Shown in pieces: positions 1 through 7,209 of a stretch of DNA of 16,530 bases (its first letter is position 1; each line of letters opens with the position of its first letter). The position numbers and the translations under genes were made by a program. The stretch is taken from contig MIBE01000032.1 in assembly GCA_001829415.1 (NCBI GenBank), forward strand, positions 138,611 through 155,140, read 5' to 3'. Below the pieces are notes generated by a model, which was given only the letters and a program-made list of their open reading frames with translations, searched no databases and was not told the origin of the DNA. The DNA comes from Spirochaetes bacterium GWF1_51_8. GTDB taxonomy: Bacteria > Spirochaetota > Brevinematia > Brevinematales > GWF1-51-8.

Positions 1-804
1 GAGGTCTTCGCCGTGGTGTTTGAGGTTGTAGCGCGAGGAAAAACCGTCGAGTTGGATATTTTCCGCGGTGAAGTCCGCTTCCTTATGCCGGATACCGATC
101 GAGATCGTGTTCCGGGGCTCGGCGATCTTAACGACATTGCGGAGATTCCGGTCGTCGAGGTTGTAGATAACGATACCGTGGGGCGGAAGATTCTCCTGGA
201 GATAGCGCACGAACATCTTGCGGATGTTCTCCATACTGCCGTAGTAGTCCAGATGGTCGCCGTCGATATTGGTAATGACCGCGATATCGGGATGAAGGTG
301 CATGATCGACGCGAACGCCTCGCATGCCTCGTAGATACAGTACTTACCGGGGCCTTCGTACCCGGAGCCGTTGATCTCGGGCAGGAAACCGCCTACCGCG
401 AGGGTAGGTTCGAGTCCGGCATGCAGGAAAACGCGGGACACCATCGACGTGGTCGTGGTTTTACCGTGAGTGCCCGATATGCCGATCGAGTATTTCGACG
501 AGCCGACGAACTGGAGCATCGCGGCGCGTTCCATGACTTTTTTGCCGAGTTCCAGAGCGCGCTGGAGTTCGGGATTGTCCTGCGAGACGGCGTTGGTGTA
601 GACTATCGTGTCGATATCGTCGGTAATGTTCGACGCTTCGTGCCCGATCCTGACATCGATACCCCGTTCGCGGAGTTTTACCGTATTCTCGGATTCATAA
701 CGATCCGAGCCGCCGACTTCATAGCCGCGCGCGCGGAGCACCACGGCGAGAGCCGACATCCCAATTCCCCCGATCCCGATAAAAAATATTTTCTTCCCTA
801 TCAT
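1..804 (-). CDS. murC: UDP-N-acetylmuramate--L-alanine ligase, N-terminal part (C-terminus lies beyond the left window edge)
   Basis: The reverse frame is open from ATG at 804 to position 1 with no stop, so it is absent from the ORF track. The translation starts MIGKKIFFIGIGGIGMSALAVVLRARGYEVGGSD and contains the Mur-ligase P-loop GISGTHGKTTTT and NIDGDHLDYY. GGAGG (814-818, reverse) lies 9 nt upstream of the ATG. Confidence 0.9.
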   Translation of the reverse strand, partial: MIGKKIFFIGIGGIGMSALAVVLRARGYEVGGSDRYESENTVKLRERGIDVRIGHEASNITDDIDTIVYTNAVSQDNPELQRALELGKKVMERAAMLQFVGSSKYSIGISGTHGKTTTTSMVSRVFLHAGLEPTLAVGGFLPEINGSGYEGPGKYCIYEACEAFASIMHLHPDIAVITNIDGDHLDYYGSMENIRKMFVRYLQENLPPHGIVIYNLDDRNLRNVVKIAEPRNTISIGIRHKEADFTAENIQLDGFSSRYNLKHHGEDL

Positions 805-851
805 CTAATCAGACCTCCATAGCGGCATAAACGAAATGCCGGGTAGGATAT

Positions 852-860
852 ATTATAACA
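852..860 (-). promoter_or_regulatory. Possible extended -10 promoter element (TGnTATAAT) upstream of murC
   Basis: The reverse strand reads TGTTATAAT (TATAAT = 852-857, TG = 859-860), about 45 nt upstream of the murC ATG. No good -35 hexamer is present. Confidence 0.35.
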
Positions 861-1104
861 TTTATACCCCGAAAACGCGAATCGGCGGGGTAGTTCGCGG
901 TGTTCTATTAAGAGGAATATATCTATGCTATATAGTAAACTACAAAAATAAACTTTACACCGGACATCCTGTCCGCCCCGCACTTCCCGCATCCTGCGAG
1001 TCGGCGGCATAGTGTAATTATCGGAAAAATAGAAAAAAGTTGTAGGATATGAAGTAACTATATACCGTGGAAAATGATAGTAGCGGTCGGGACAACCGAC
1101 GGAT

Positions 1105-1683
1105 TCAACGGTTTCCGCCGTTTTTCGGGGTGAGGCCTTTGACATACTTGGCGAGTTTGACCGCGCGGATAGTGAAATACACAGGCAGGGCGAGCATAAA
1201 TACGAAGCTCGGGACTACTGTGAACGCGGACTCGGCCGCGCCTTCCTCCGGGCCGTCTTTCGATACAGGCTGGAGCAGTTTGATCCGCGAGGTGCGCTCG
1301 ATGATCCGGCTGTCGTATATCCCGGTCACGATCATGAGAAGCGCCAGAGCGATAGCGTCGGCGTAAAGAAGCCATCCGAGCTTGAGTATAGCCGCAGCGA
1401 TCAATCCTGCGAGCGCGGTGTTCGCAAGCAGACCCGCGAGTATGAATACCCGGAAACTGTCCTTTACCTCGCCCGTCACCCTTGAGAGTTCCGACTCTCT
1501 TTCCAATTCCGCTTCTTTAAAATCCAGCAGTTCGTCATCGGGAACATGACGGCTCTTCAATACCTTCTCTGCGTACTCCTTGACTTCTTTGTCGTAACCG
1601 TAAGTCTTGTAGTTTTTTATGATATCGAGAACGTAATGGTTGTCCAGTCCGTCGATATTGTCCATGATGCATTTATCGATCAT
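1105..1683 (-). CDS. Hypothetical membrane protein: soluble N-terminal domain of about 70 aa plus about 3 predicted TM helices
   Basis: A 192-aa ORF with natural-looking composition. Hydrophobic segments include FRVFILAGLLANTALAGLIAAAIL, LLYADAIALALLMIVTGI and FTVVPSFVFMLALPVYFTI. GGGG lies 7 nt upstream of the ATG, and a consensus promoter is immediately upstream. No family recognised. Confidence 0.6.
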   Translation of the reverse strand: MIDKCIMDNIDGLDNHYVLDIIKNYKTYGYDKEVKEYAEKVLKSRHVPDDELLDFKEAELERESELSRVTGEVKDSFRVFILAGLLANTALAGLIAAAILKLGWLLYADAIALALLMIVTGIYDSRIIERTSRIKLLQPVSKDGPEEGAAESAFTVVPSFVFMLALPVYFTIRAVKLAKYVKGLTPKNGGNR

Positions 1684-1708
1684 ATGTTACCCCTGGAGAG
1701 TGTAATAT

Positions 1709-1737
1709 ATTATAATATGTTGCCGACGCACTGTCAA
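1709..1737 (-). promoter_or_regulatory. Consensus sigma70 promoter, TTGACA-17 nt-TATAAT
   Basis: The reverse strand reads TTGACA (1732-1737), then the 17-nt spacer gtgcgtcggcaacatat, then TATAAT (1709-1714). The -10 lies about 25 nt upstream of the ATG at 1683. Confidence 0.6.
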
Positions 1738-1836
1738 TCGGCAGTTCATTTATAAAAAAATCGAGCAGAAAAGCATTCCGGCGCTTGATATTTTTTCCGG
1801 GATACGTTAAACTTATTAGGTAAGAAATTCGGGATT

Positions 1837-1873
1837 AATCCCCTGCTTCGTAAATGGAGCGGGGGATTTTTTT
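1837..1873. terminator. Stem-loop with flanking A/T runs; possible bidirectional intrinsic terminator
   Basis: aatcccc (1837-1843) pairs with ggggatt (1862-1868) around an 18-nt loop, followed by a T run (1867-1873). Read on the minus strand, the hairpin sits directly after the duplicated gene-end remnant (stop codon at 1872-1874) and downstream of vapC, but the T tail there is poor. Confidence 0.4.
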
Positions 1874-1900
1874 ATGCGTTCTTGACGATCATGAGCTTGA
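1872..1900. repeat. Direct repeat copy 1 (29 nt; 28/29 identical to 2615-2643)
   Basis: ttatgcgttcttgacgatcatGagcttga. On the minus strand this reads FIKLMIVKNA-stop, a remnant copy of the C-terminus of the 163-aa gene at 2615-3106. Confidence 0.85.
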
Positions 1901-1926
1901 TAAAGGAAAAGCGGGATTGACGGAAG

Positions 1927-2304
1927 TCATACGGGGATCGGATTAAAGAATTCCAAGCCGGTAATTCCGGTGAACTCTTTCTCGTTGCGGCTGACTAAGA
2001 TAAAATCTTCTGTCAAACAGGTCGCGGCGATGATAGAATCCGCGAGTTTTACAGTCGATTGCCTCTTCAGAAGAATAGCCTTTTCCGCGATGGCATCGGT
2101 GAGCGGGATGATCGACGCGTTTTCTATCAGCGATCGTGTCTGGAGGAATCCTTCATCGGTGTGTTTATTCCAGCCGAGCAGTTCGATCTTTGTAATAATC
2201 GAGACGTGAAAAGACTCTTCGAGGACGGGAAGTATTTCGGACACATACCGTCCGCTTAAGAAATAGATCAGGATATTCGTATCGATCAGATACCTCTTTC
2301 CCAT
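1927..2304 (-). CDS. vapC: Type II toxin VapC, PIN-domain ribonuclease
   Basis: A 125-aa ORF starting MGKRYLIDTNILIYFL (first PIN acidic residue). It also has IITKIELLGW and KLADSIIAAT, which match the PIN acidic-residue spacing. It overlaps the upstream small antitoxin-like ORF by 19 nt. Confidence 0.85.
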   Translation of the reverse strand: MGKRYLIDTNILIYFLSGRYVSEILPVLEESFHVSIITKIELLGWNKHTDEGFLQTRSLIENASIIPLTDAIAEKAILLKRQSTVKLADSIIAATCLTEDFILVSRNEKEFTGITGLEFFNPIPV

Positions 2305-2516
2305 TCATCCCTCAATTTTTCCGCTTCGCGCGACGGCTCGATTTCCAGTTTTTTATATATCCCGGCGAATTCTATCAGGTTATGCTGCTGCCGCTGAGGG
2401 GTCGTGTCATCGATGGGGAAAATGATGATTTCCACGCGCTTATGATTCATCTCGTCGGGCAGTGCTACGGTTACCGAGTTCCCTTCGATATCGCGAATTG
2501 TCCGAATTGCGTTCAT
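2286..2516 (-). CDS. vapB: Putative VapB-type antitoxin (small protein, possibly AbrB/MazE-like)
   Basis: A 76-aa ORF immediately upstream of vapC and overlapping it. GGAGG lies 5 nt upstream of the ATG. The N-terminal segment NSVTVALPDEMNHKRVEIIIFP resembles looped-hinge-helix antitoxins, and the C-terminal tail is acidic and Trp-containing (LRDEWERGI). The fold assignment is tentative. Confidence 0.65.
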   Translation of the reverse strand: MNAIRTIRDIEGNSVTVALPDEMNHKRVEIIIFPIDDTTPQRQQHNLIEFAGIYKKLEIEPSREAEKLRDEWERGI

Positions 2517-2529
2517 CGATCCTCCAAAG

Positions 2530-2575
2530 TTCTCAGGAGAGAATCTATTGTATTACAGCGCGCTGAATTTGTCAA
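2530..2575 (-). promoter_or_regulatory. Near-consensus sigma70 promoter of vapBC plus candidate operator inverted repeat
   Basis: The reverse strand reads TTGACA (2570-2575), a 17-nt spacer, then TACAAT (2547-2552). The inverted repeat ttctc-N4-gagaa (2530-2543) sits between the -10 and the RBS, the usual position for antitoxin autoregulation. Confidence 0.55.
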
Positions 2576-2614
2576 TCGGTGTGTCGTTATATGTGTGTCG
2601 CTTTACGGAAGACC

Positions 2615-2643
2615 TTATGCGTTCTTGACGATCATCAGCTTGA
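2615..2643. repeat. Direct repeat copy 2 (29 nt): the functional 3' end of the 163-aa gene
   Basis: ttatgcgttcttgacgatcatCagcttga. On the minus strand this encodes FKLMIVKNA-stop. The single mismatch to copy 1 is a synonymous Leu change (ctg versus ctc). Confidence 0.85.
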
Positions 2644-3106
2644 AGTCGCGCTTCTTAGAGTCGTACACGATCTGTGTCGAGTTGTGAAAGAGGGTCATTT
2701 CGTTGACATGCTTCTCGATATCGAAATTGTTCGACCAGATGAGGACGGTCGAAATGATCCGTTTATTCTCGTCGGGCAACGGTTCCCCGCTCAGGCGGTT
2801 GCACTCCTTGGTGATCTTCGACAGGAGTTCACGGAGCTTCACACGGTCCAATGTCCGGCTGACCTCGATCATCCAGCTCACCACTTTCTCGCCGATCTTC
2901 TCGGCGAAGTTCCCGCCGGATTTTTTCGCGCGGCCGAACTTCGGCATTTTGAATATGTCGCCGAGCCGGAACGGCGCGGATTTCGACGCGGGCGCGGACT
3001 CTTTCTTACGGAGTACCATGATCGCGATCACGGGGATGGACGCGGCTAGCAAGCCAACAAGAAGCCAAAAGTAGAAAGTAGCGACGAACTGTTCGAGAAA
3101 TTTCAT
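2615..3106 (-). CDS. Hypothetical protein with N-terminal membrane anchor
   Basis: A 163-aa ORF with the N-terminal TM helix FVATFYFWLLVGLLAASIPVIAIMVL followed by RKK. GGGG-type RBS (acggggtaacaaATG). It is the last gene of the reverse-strand operon. No family recognised. Confidence 0.6.
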   Translation of the reverse strand: MKFLEQFVATFYFWLLVGLLAASIPVIAIMVLRKKESAPASKSAPFRLGDIFKMPKFGRAKKSGGNFAEKIGEKVVSWMIEVSRTLDRVKLRELLSKITKECNRLSGEPLPDENKRIISTVLIWSNNFDIEKHVNEMTLFHNSTQIVYDSKKRDFKLMIVKNA

Positions 3107-3142
3107 TTGTTACCCCGTTTGATTATCGGAAAAATGAGAGAT

Positions 3143-3679
3143 TTATTGACCGGAGACTGTTCTGCGGAACCGACCCGTGCCGTATCCGATGAGCGCGCCT
3201 GTGACTGTGCCGATTATGACGAAAACCGAGATGAGCAGAAGAAGCCCCTTGTCGAACCCGAAGAACAGCCCGACCACCGCTCCCTGCGCGGCCGCGCTCG
3301 CGAACGAGCCCCAGACCGAGATACCGGTTTCGCCGATTCTGTCGCCGAGGAGCTTCGAGAACAGCGCCATCGCGCCCACCGACGCGAGCGAACCCGCGAG
3401 GCTGAGAAGATAGGTGTACGAGAGGAACGTCCCCAGCACGAATGCCGCGACGAGGGTGCGGTAGACCGCGGTCTGGAACGCGAGAAGGTAACGTTTTTCC
3501 GCGATCAGGAAGACAGTGACTATATTCGCGAGCCCGAGTTTCGCGAGAGGGATAGGTTTCGGCAGGAACGAGTCGGCGACCGAGAGCACACCCGAGAGCG
3601 CTGTCAGGAACGCCAAGAGGACAAGTTTCCGGCCGGGGGAGAGTTCCCCGTAGCCGCGGATATCATTCGCTAACCGCAT
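3143..3679 (-). CDS. Gx transporter family / heptaprenyl diphosphate synthase component I-like integral membrane protein
   Basis: A 178-aa polytopic membrane protein. The N-terminal region (LVLLAFLTALSGVLSVADSFLPKPIPLAKLGLANIVTVFLI) resembles the Hpre_diP_synt_I family as I recall it. It overlaps the upstream NusG-domain-II gene by 17 nt, and these two families are a recurrent pair. Confidence 0.7.
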   Translation of the reverse strand: MRLANDIRGYGELSPGRKLVLLAFLTALSGVLSVADSFLPKPIPLAKLGLANIVTVFLIAEKRYLLAFQTAVYRTLVAAFVLGTFLSYTYLLSLAGSLASVGAMALFSKLLGDRIGETGISVWGSFASAAAQGAVVGLFFGFDKGLLLLISVFVIIGTVTGALIGYGTGRFRRTVSGQ

Positions 3680-4016
3680 CGAGACCTTCCATGCCGCCGG
3701 CGATCTTGACGGCCACTTTTTCCGGGACGCAGATAATACCGTCGCCCTCGATCCCGCACCATCCTTTATGCACGCAAATCTGATTGTGACAGGGCGATTT
3801 CACGATTGCGGCCTGGTTGTTCGAAATGACCACGGTCAATACGCCGTGCTCCCCCCCGACCTCGATGGTCCTCGGGGTAGAAAGGGGGTAGGTGAACGTC
3901 CCCGACGGCGCGGAGACGAGCACGTTCGCGCCCTTCGCCCCGGTCGTGCTGAAAACGAGGCCGCCCGCGCCCATGAGCGCGGTCAGGGCAATCGAAACGA
4001 TATCCGCGAGCTTCAT
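3663..4016 (-). CDS. NusG domain II-containing protein (DUF1312-like), membrane anchored
   Basis: A 117-aa ORF with an N-terminal anchor (IVSIALTALMGAGGLVF). The motif SPCHNQICVHKGWCGIEGDGIICVPEKV is characteristic of the CP.Q.CV..GW...IVC.P pattern of the NusG_II family. Its start forms an ATGA overlap with the stop of the upstream gene (4013-4016). Confidence 0.75.
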   Translation of the reverse strand: MKLADIVSIALTALMGAGGLVFSTTGAKGANVLVSAPSGTFTYPLSTPRTIEVGGEHGVLTVVISNNQAAIVKSPCHNQICVHKGWCGIEGDGIICVPEKVAVKIAGGMEGLDAVSE

Positions 4017-4885
4017 TTTCCCTTCAGGTAGTCGGTATTGACATATTCGATCTTCGCTTTTTCCATTTCGCCGTCGAGGAGGCTGTTATAGACAGCCTTC
4101 CGTCCGCTCGCGTTGAGGTAGCTCTTCAGCGAATCCTTGATCTCCGAAAAGACGAGCTTTTTACCGATCGTCTTACGGATCAGTTTATAGACCATGATCG
4201 TATTGTCGTCGATCACCATAGTACCGACCTTACTGGCCTCGAGGTCGGAGAGGATGTTGTAGACTTCTTCGGGAAGCTGGGCGGCGGGAATATCGGCTTC
4301 ATGGCGGAATTCTCCGTCGATCGCCCTGATCTTCTCCTCGATCTCCGAGACGTCCGAAGCCTTCGAGAACACGGTGGCGACAGTGGTGACCTGCGCGGGA
4401 GAGGAAACCATCACCTCGTAAAAAGTAAACAGGTCGGGTTCTTTCATCCTCGACTGGTTTTCCTCGAAGTACCTCGCGAGTCCGTCGTCGGTGATATCGA
4501 TACTTTTTTCATAGCTGCGCCCGAGGAACTTCTCGAGCAGGATGTCTCCGGCCAGTTCGTCTTTGATCGCCTCGGGATTGCTCCCGAGCGCGAGGAGATT
4601 GTTTTCCCAATCGGCCTCGGTATCGAAACCCGCGCGGATACCGGAGAGCCGTCCGCCCACCTCGTCACCGCTGACAGAAAGGCCGTCCTTCCTTGCCGCC
4701 TGAAGAAGCACGGTACGCTCGATCAGGTAATTCAGCACCTCGGCGCGGAGGTACTTCATCCCTTCCGGCGTCAGGTCCATATTCGCGTCCTCGTCCTCTT
4801 CGAGCTGGACTATATATCTTGCCACGGCTCCGTCGAGCATCTTTGAATTGATCTCTTCGCCGTTCACTCTCGCGATAATCTCCAT
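4013..4885 (-). CDS. SurA N-terminal-domain / PpiD-PrsA-like chaperone-type protein with a degenerate parvulin-like C-terminal region
   Basis: ARVNGEEI..., LRAEVLNYLIERTVLLQAARKDGLSVSGDEV and NLLALGSNPEAIKDEL are typical of SurA_N-type domains. The start is set at ATG 4885 (MEIIARVNGEE) because AGAGG lies 8 nt upstream; the ORF-track start at 4957 has no RBS. No signal peptide is present with either start. Confidence 0.65.
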   Translation of the reverse strand: MEIIARVNGEEINSKMLDGAVARYIVQLEEDEDANMDLTPEGMKYLRAEVLNYLIERTVLLQAARKDGLSVSGDEVGGRLSGIRAGFDTEADWENNLLALGSNPEAIKDELAGDILLEKFLGRSYEKSIDITDDGLARYFEENQSRMKEPDLFTFYEVMVSSPAQVTTVATVFSKASDVSEIEEKIRAIDGEFRHEADIPAAQLPEEVYNILSDLEASKVGTMVIDDNTIMVYKLIRKTIGKKLVFSEIKDSLKSYLNASGRKAVYNSLLDGEMEKAKIEYVNTDYLKGK

Positions 4886-5117
4886 AATCGAACCTCTTGA
4901 AATGTTGTCTTTAATTATACTACATTTTACGCCGTTTGGCGAATGCCGCGCACACAAATTCCGTTTCGAATGGAATAAACAGTTGAAATGCAGAATGGAT
5001 GTTTCGGGTATGGTTCGGCAAGCTCACCATGACACCGAGCAATGATAAAATGAGTTTGTCATCCAACCCTAGACCCGCTGCATCTTAGAGGCCGTTGTCG
5101 CCGGAACATTATTATCA

Positions 5118-5145
5118 TTGACATATTTTCATTAAAAATTATAAT
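5118..5145 (+). promoter_or_regulatory. Consensus sigma70 promoter, TTGACA-16 nt-TATAAT
   Basis: TTGACA (5118-5123), the 16-nt spacer tattttcattaaaaat, then TATAAT (5140-5145). It lies about 55 nt upstream of the ATG at 5202. Confidence 0.6.
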
Positions 5146-5201
5146 TTCTTTAAGAGAATGGTTATTGCTCTATGACCGAAGGACTGTCAGGAGGAACCTC
5201 G

Positions 5202-7181
5202 ATGCGAAACGCCTTCATCGTTCTGCTGTCGATATCGCTTTTTCAGATCATCGGCTTCGCGAAGATCGTGAAAACGATACCAATCGAGGCCGGGGAAGTC
5301 ACACGTATCACTTTATTCAATAACGCCAATGACGCGGCGGTCGAAGTGTACGGCAAGAACTTTCAGGTCATCCTGAGCGATTCCCCGAAAGTATACAGCG
5401 ACGCGCATTACAAAGAAGCAATGTACTTCGATGAAAGCAGGAATCAGACTATCCCTAACGGCAAGGTCTGTATCGATTACTCGCAGGACGGGAAACGTTA
5501 CATGTACTATGACAACCACACCTACGGCCCGTTCGATTCGTTGGGTGAGGCGGTTTTTACAAAAGACCCGGCGAAGTTCGGATTTACCTATTCGAAGAAC
5601 TCTGAGGGTTATGTCTATGCCAACGGCAAAACTTTCGGGCCGTATTCTCAGGGGACGGCGCTGATCTACGCGAAGTCCAATCCCGATGTGTTCGCGGTTA
5701 TGTATCAGAAAAACTCTTTAACCTATGTTGTGTTTCAGGACCGCGCCTACGGGCCGTTCTACAACGCCGAGGCCGCGGTTTCTCCCGACGGCAAGAGAAT
5801 AATGATCAAGTACAATAAAGACTTGGGCGCCGGGCAGTCTTATGTCCAGGTGAACGATCAAGTATTCGGACCGTACATGTCGGTCACGATGCACAGTTTT
5901 TCTCCGGACGGGAAATCGTATGCGTTCCAGTACAAGGATAAAAGCGGCGGATACCATTGCGTGGTGAACGGAGAGGATTTCGGCCCGTACCAAAACCTCA
6001 ACTCGAGCGAATTTGTGTTCTCGCGGATGAACGGAAAGTTCGCGTTTGTCTATGAGAACGGGAGTAAGGACGAGAAGGCGTATGTTTATTTCAACGGAAA
6101 AAGCGTCGGCCCTTTTTTCAGGATCAGCCCGATCTTACTGAATAACAACGGGACGAAGATAGGCTTCGCGTATAAGAAGAAACTCCTCGATGAAACCTAC
6201 AAGAACGCTTACGTGTATTCGAGCGGTAAGGACTACGGCCCCTACAACCGGATCACCGCGATGGGATTTACGCCGGACGGGGAGACTCTCTACTTCTCCA
6301 GCCTCACCTACGATTTCAAAAAGGTCAATGTGAATGAAGAAAGCATGCTCTACTTCGGGGATAAAACGTTCGGGCCGTACTGGCTGATGAACACGGTGGA
6401 TGTCTCTCGGGATTCGAAGCATATCCTTTATAGCGCGTATATCGAGAGTAAGGACGGCAAGTTCGGCATCCCGGTCGTGTACTACGACGGCGAACTGATC
6501 GGTAAGTTCATGGATATCGTCATCAAAGACCCATTCGCTTTCCCGGGGCATGTGTGGTTCTCCGGGTTGACGGAAAAAAGTAAGTACTCGTTATACCTGG
6601 ACAACCAAGTCCATAAACCGGGCAACGCTTCGGGTTTCATCAATGGGATGTTCTCTCCCGACAATTCGCATTACGCGTTCACCTATCATTTTAACGGTTT
6701 CGTGTTTATCTACAGCGACGGAGTCTCCTACGGCCCGTATACGGAAAACCAGTATTCTTATGGGTTTTCGCCGGGAAACGTCCTGACAGTCGCGTATTTC
6801 GATAAAAAGAGCGGCAGTGTGATTGTCGAGGAGAAGGCCGCGCCCGATCTGTACCCGGTGCTTTCGCTGAAGGCCGAGCCGAAGAAGGTATCCGCCGGGC
6901 AATACAGCCTGAATATCACGGCGGTGAACACGGGGAACGGGGCGGGAAAAGACCTTACGCTCGCGTTCAAGAAATGGTGCGGGTCGCTGAACCTGCAGCC
7001 CGGCACGGTCCCGGTGTTCTCTCTCGCGCCCGGCGAAAAGAAGGTGTTCGCCGTACCTCTCGAACTGAAAATGGACGCGAACACTTACGGAGTCCGTGAG
7101 GCATACTTTTCCGTTAAGATACTCGAACCGTTGAAGGAAATGGATAGTACGAATGTGCTGTTTTTTATCGCTCTCGATTAG
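5202..7181 (+). CDS. Secreted repeat protein: about 11 tandem repeats of about 40 aa (FGPY / SPDGK, PD40/WG-like) plus a C-terminal CARDB-like Ig-fold region
   Basis: The start is set at ATG 5202 (AGGAGG 7 nt upstream), which gives the signal peptide MRNAFIVLLSISLFQIIGFA. The recurring motif is YVY.NGK.(F/Y)GP(Y/F)....FSPDGK..AF.Y. Examples are YANGKTFGPY, VNDQVFGPYMSVTMHSFSPDGKSYAF, VNGEDFGPY, FNGKSVGPF, SSGKDYGPY, FGDKTFGPY and SDGVSYGPY. The C-terminal region (SLNITAVNTGNGAGKDLTLAF...LAPGEKKVFAVPLEL) resembles CARDB. Confidence 0.8.
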   Translation: MRNAFIVLLSISLFQIIGFAKIVKTIPIEAGEVTRITLFNNANDAAVEVYGKNFQVILSDSPKVYSDAHYKEAMYFDESRNQTIPNGKVCIDYSQDGKRYMYYDNHTYGPFDSLGEAVFTKDPAKFGFTYSKNSEGYVYANGKTFGPYSQGTALIYAKSNPDVFAVMYQKNSLTYVVFQDRAYGPFYNAEAAVSPDGKRIMIKYNKDLGAGQSYVQVNDQVFGPYMSVTMHSFSPDGKSYAFQYKDKSGGYHCVVNGEDFGPYQNLNSSEFVFSRMNGKFAFVYENGSKDEKAYVYFNGKSVGPFFRISPILLNNNGTKIGFAYKKKLLDETYKNAYVYSSGKDYGPYNRITAMGFTPDGETLYFSSLTYDFKKVNVNEESMLYFGDKTFGPYWLMNTVDVSRDSKHILYSAYIESKDGKFGIPVVYYDGELIGKFMDIVIKDPFAFPGHVWFSGLTEKSKYSLYLDNQVHKPGNASGFINGMFSPDNSHYAFTYHFNGFVFIYSDGVSYGPYTENQYSYGFSPGNVLTVAYFDKKSGSVIVEEKAAPDLYPVLSLKAEPKKVSAGQYSLNITAVNTGNGAGKDLTLAFKKWCGSLNLQPGTVPVFSLAPGEKKVFAVPLELKMDANTYGVREAYFSVKILEPLKEMDSTNVLFFIALD

Positions 7182-7209
7182 CGGGGCCGAAATTCCGCGG
7201 AGGTAAAGA

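Noticed and set aside
13-822. 269-aa plus-strand ORF from the track
   Set aside because: It is antisense to an unmistakable murC reading frame (P-loop GISGTHGKTTTT on the reverse strand). Its product is rich in Arg, Asp, Val and Gly, typical of the opposite strand of a GC-rich gene, and it has no RBS.
880-1060. Short GC-rich hairpins in the murC upstream spacer (for example cggaca-tcc-tgtccg and cgca-tcc-tgcg) as a possible riboswitch or ncRNA
   Set aside because: The stems are only 4-6 bp. I could recognise no conserved riboswitch core, and there is no flanking promoter-terminator pair. Evidence is insufficient.
801-1375. ORFs 801-1145(-), 1058-1375(-) and 1067-1366(+)
   Set aside because: They lie in the murC upstream intergenic region or in alternative frames of the 192-aa membrane gene. 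Their composition is Arg/Pro-rich and low in complexity. They have no RBS and no recognisable motif.
2579-3074. Plus-strand ORFs 2579-3049 and 2703-3074
   Set aside because: They are antisense to the 163-aa reverse-strand gene. That gene has a clean N-terminal TM helix, an RBS and operon context, and its C-terminus is the sequence duplicated at 1872-1900.
3107-3673. 188-aa plus-strand ORF, extremely Arg/Glu/Asp-rich
   Set aside because: It is antisense to the polytopic Gx-transporter-like membrane protein. The charged low-complexity product is what the complement of hydrophobic codons is expected to give.
4301-4846. 181-aa plus-strand ORF and the 74-aa ORF at 4444-4668(-)
   Set aside because: They are in the opposite strand or an alternative frame within the SurA-like gene. 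They have no RBS or motif.
4886-4957. Upstream extension of the SurA-like ORF (track start 4957, MCARHSPNGVKC...)
   Set aside because: No RBS lies upstream of 4957, while AGAGG sits 8 nt upstream of ATG 4885. The extension adds no signal peptide or domain.
5172-5201. Track start at 5172 for the repeat protein (MTEGLSGGTS...)
   Set aside because: AGGAGG lies inside this extension, 7 nt upstream of ATG 5202. Using 5202 gives a canonical signal peptide at the N-terminus.
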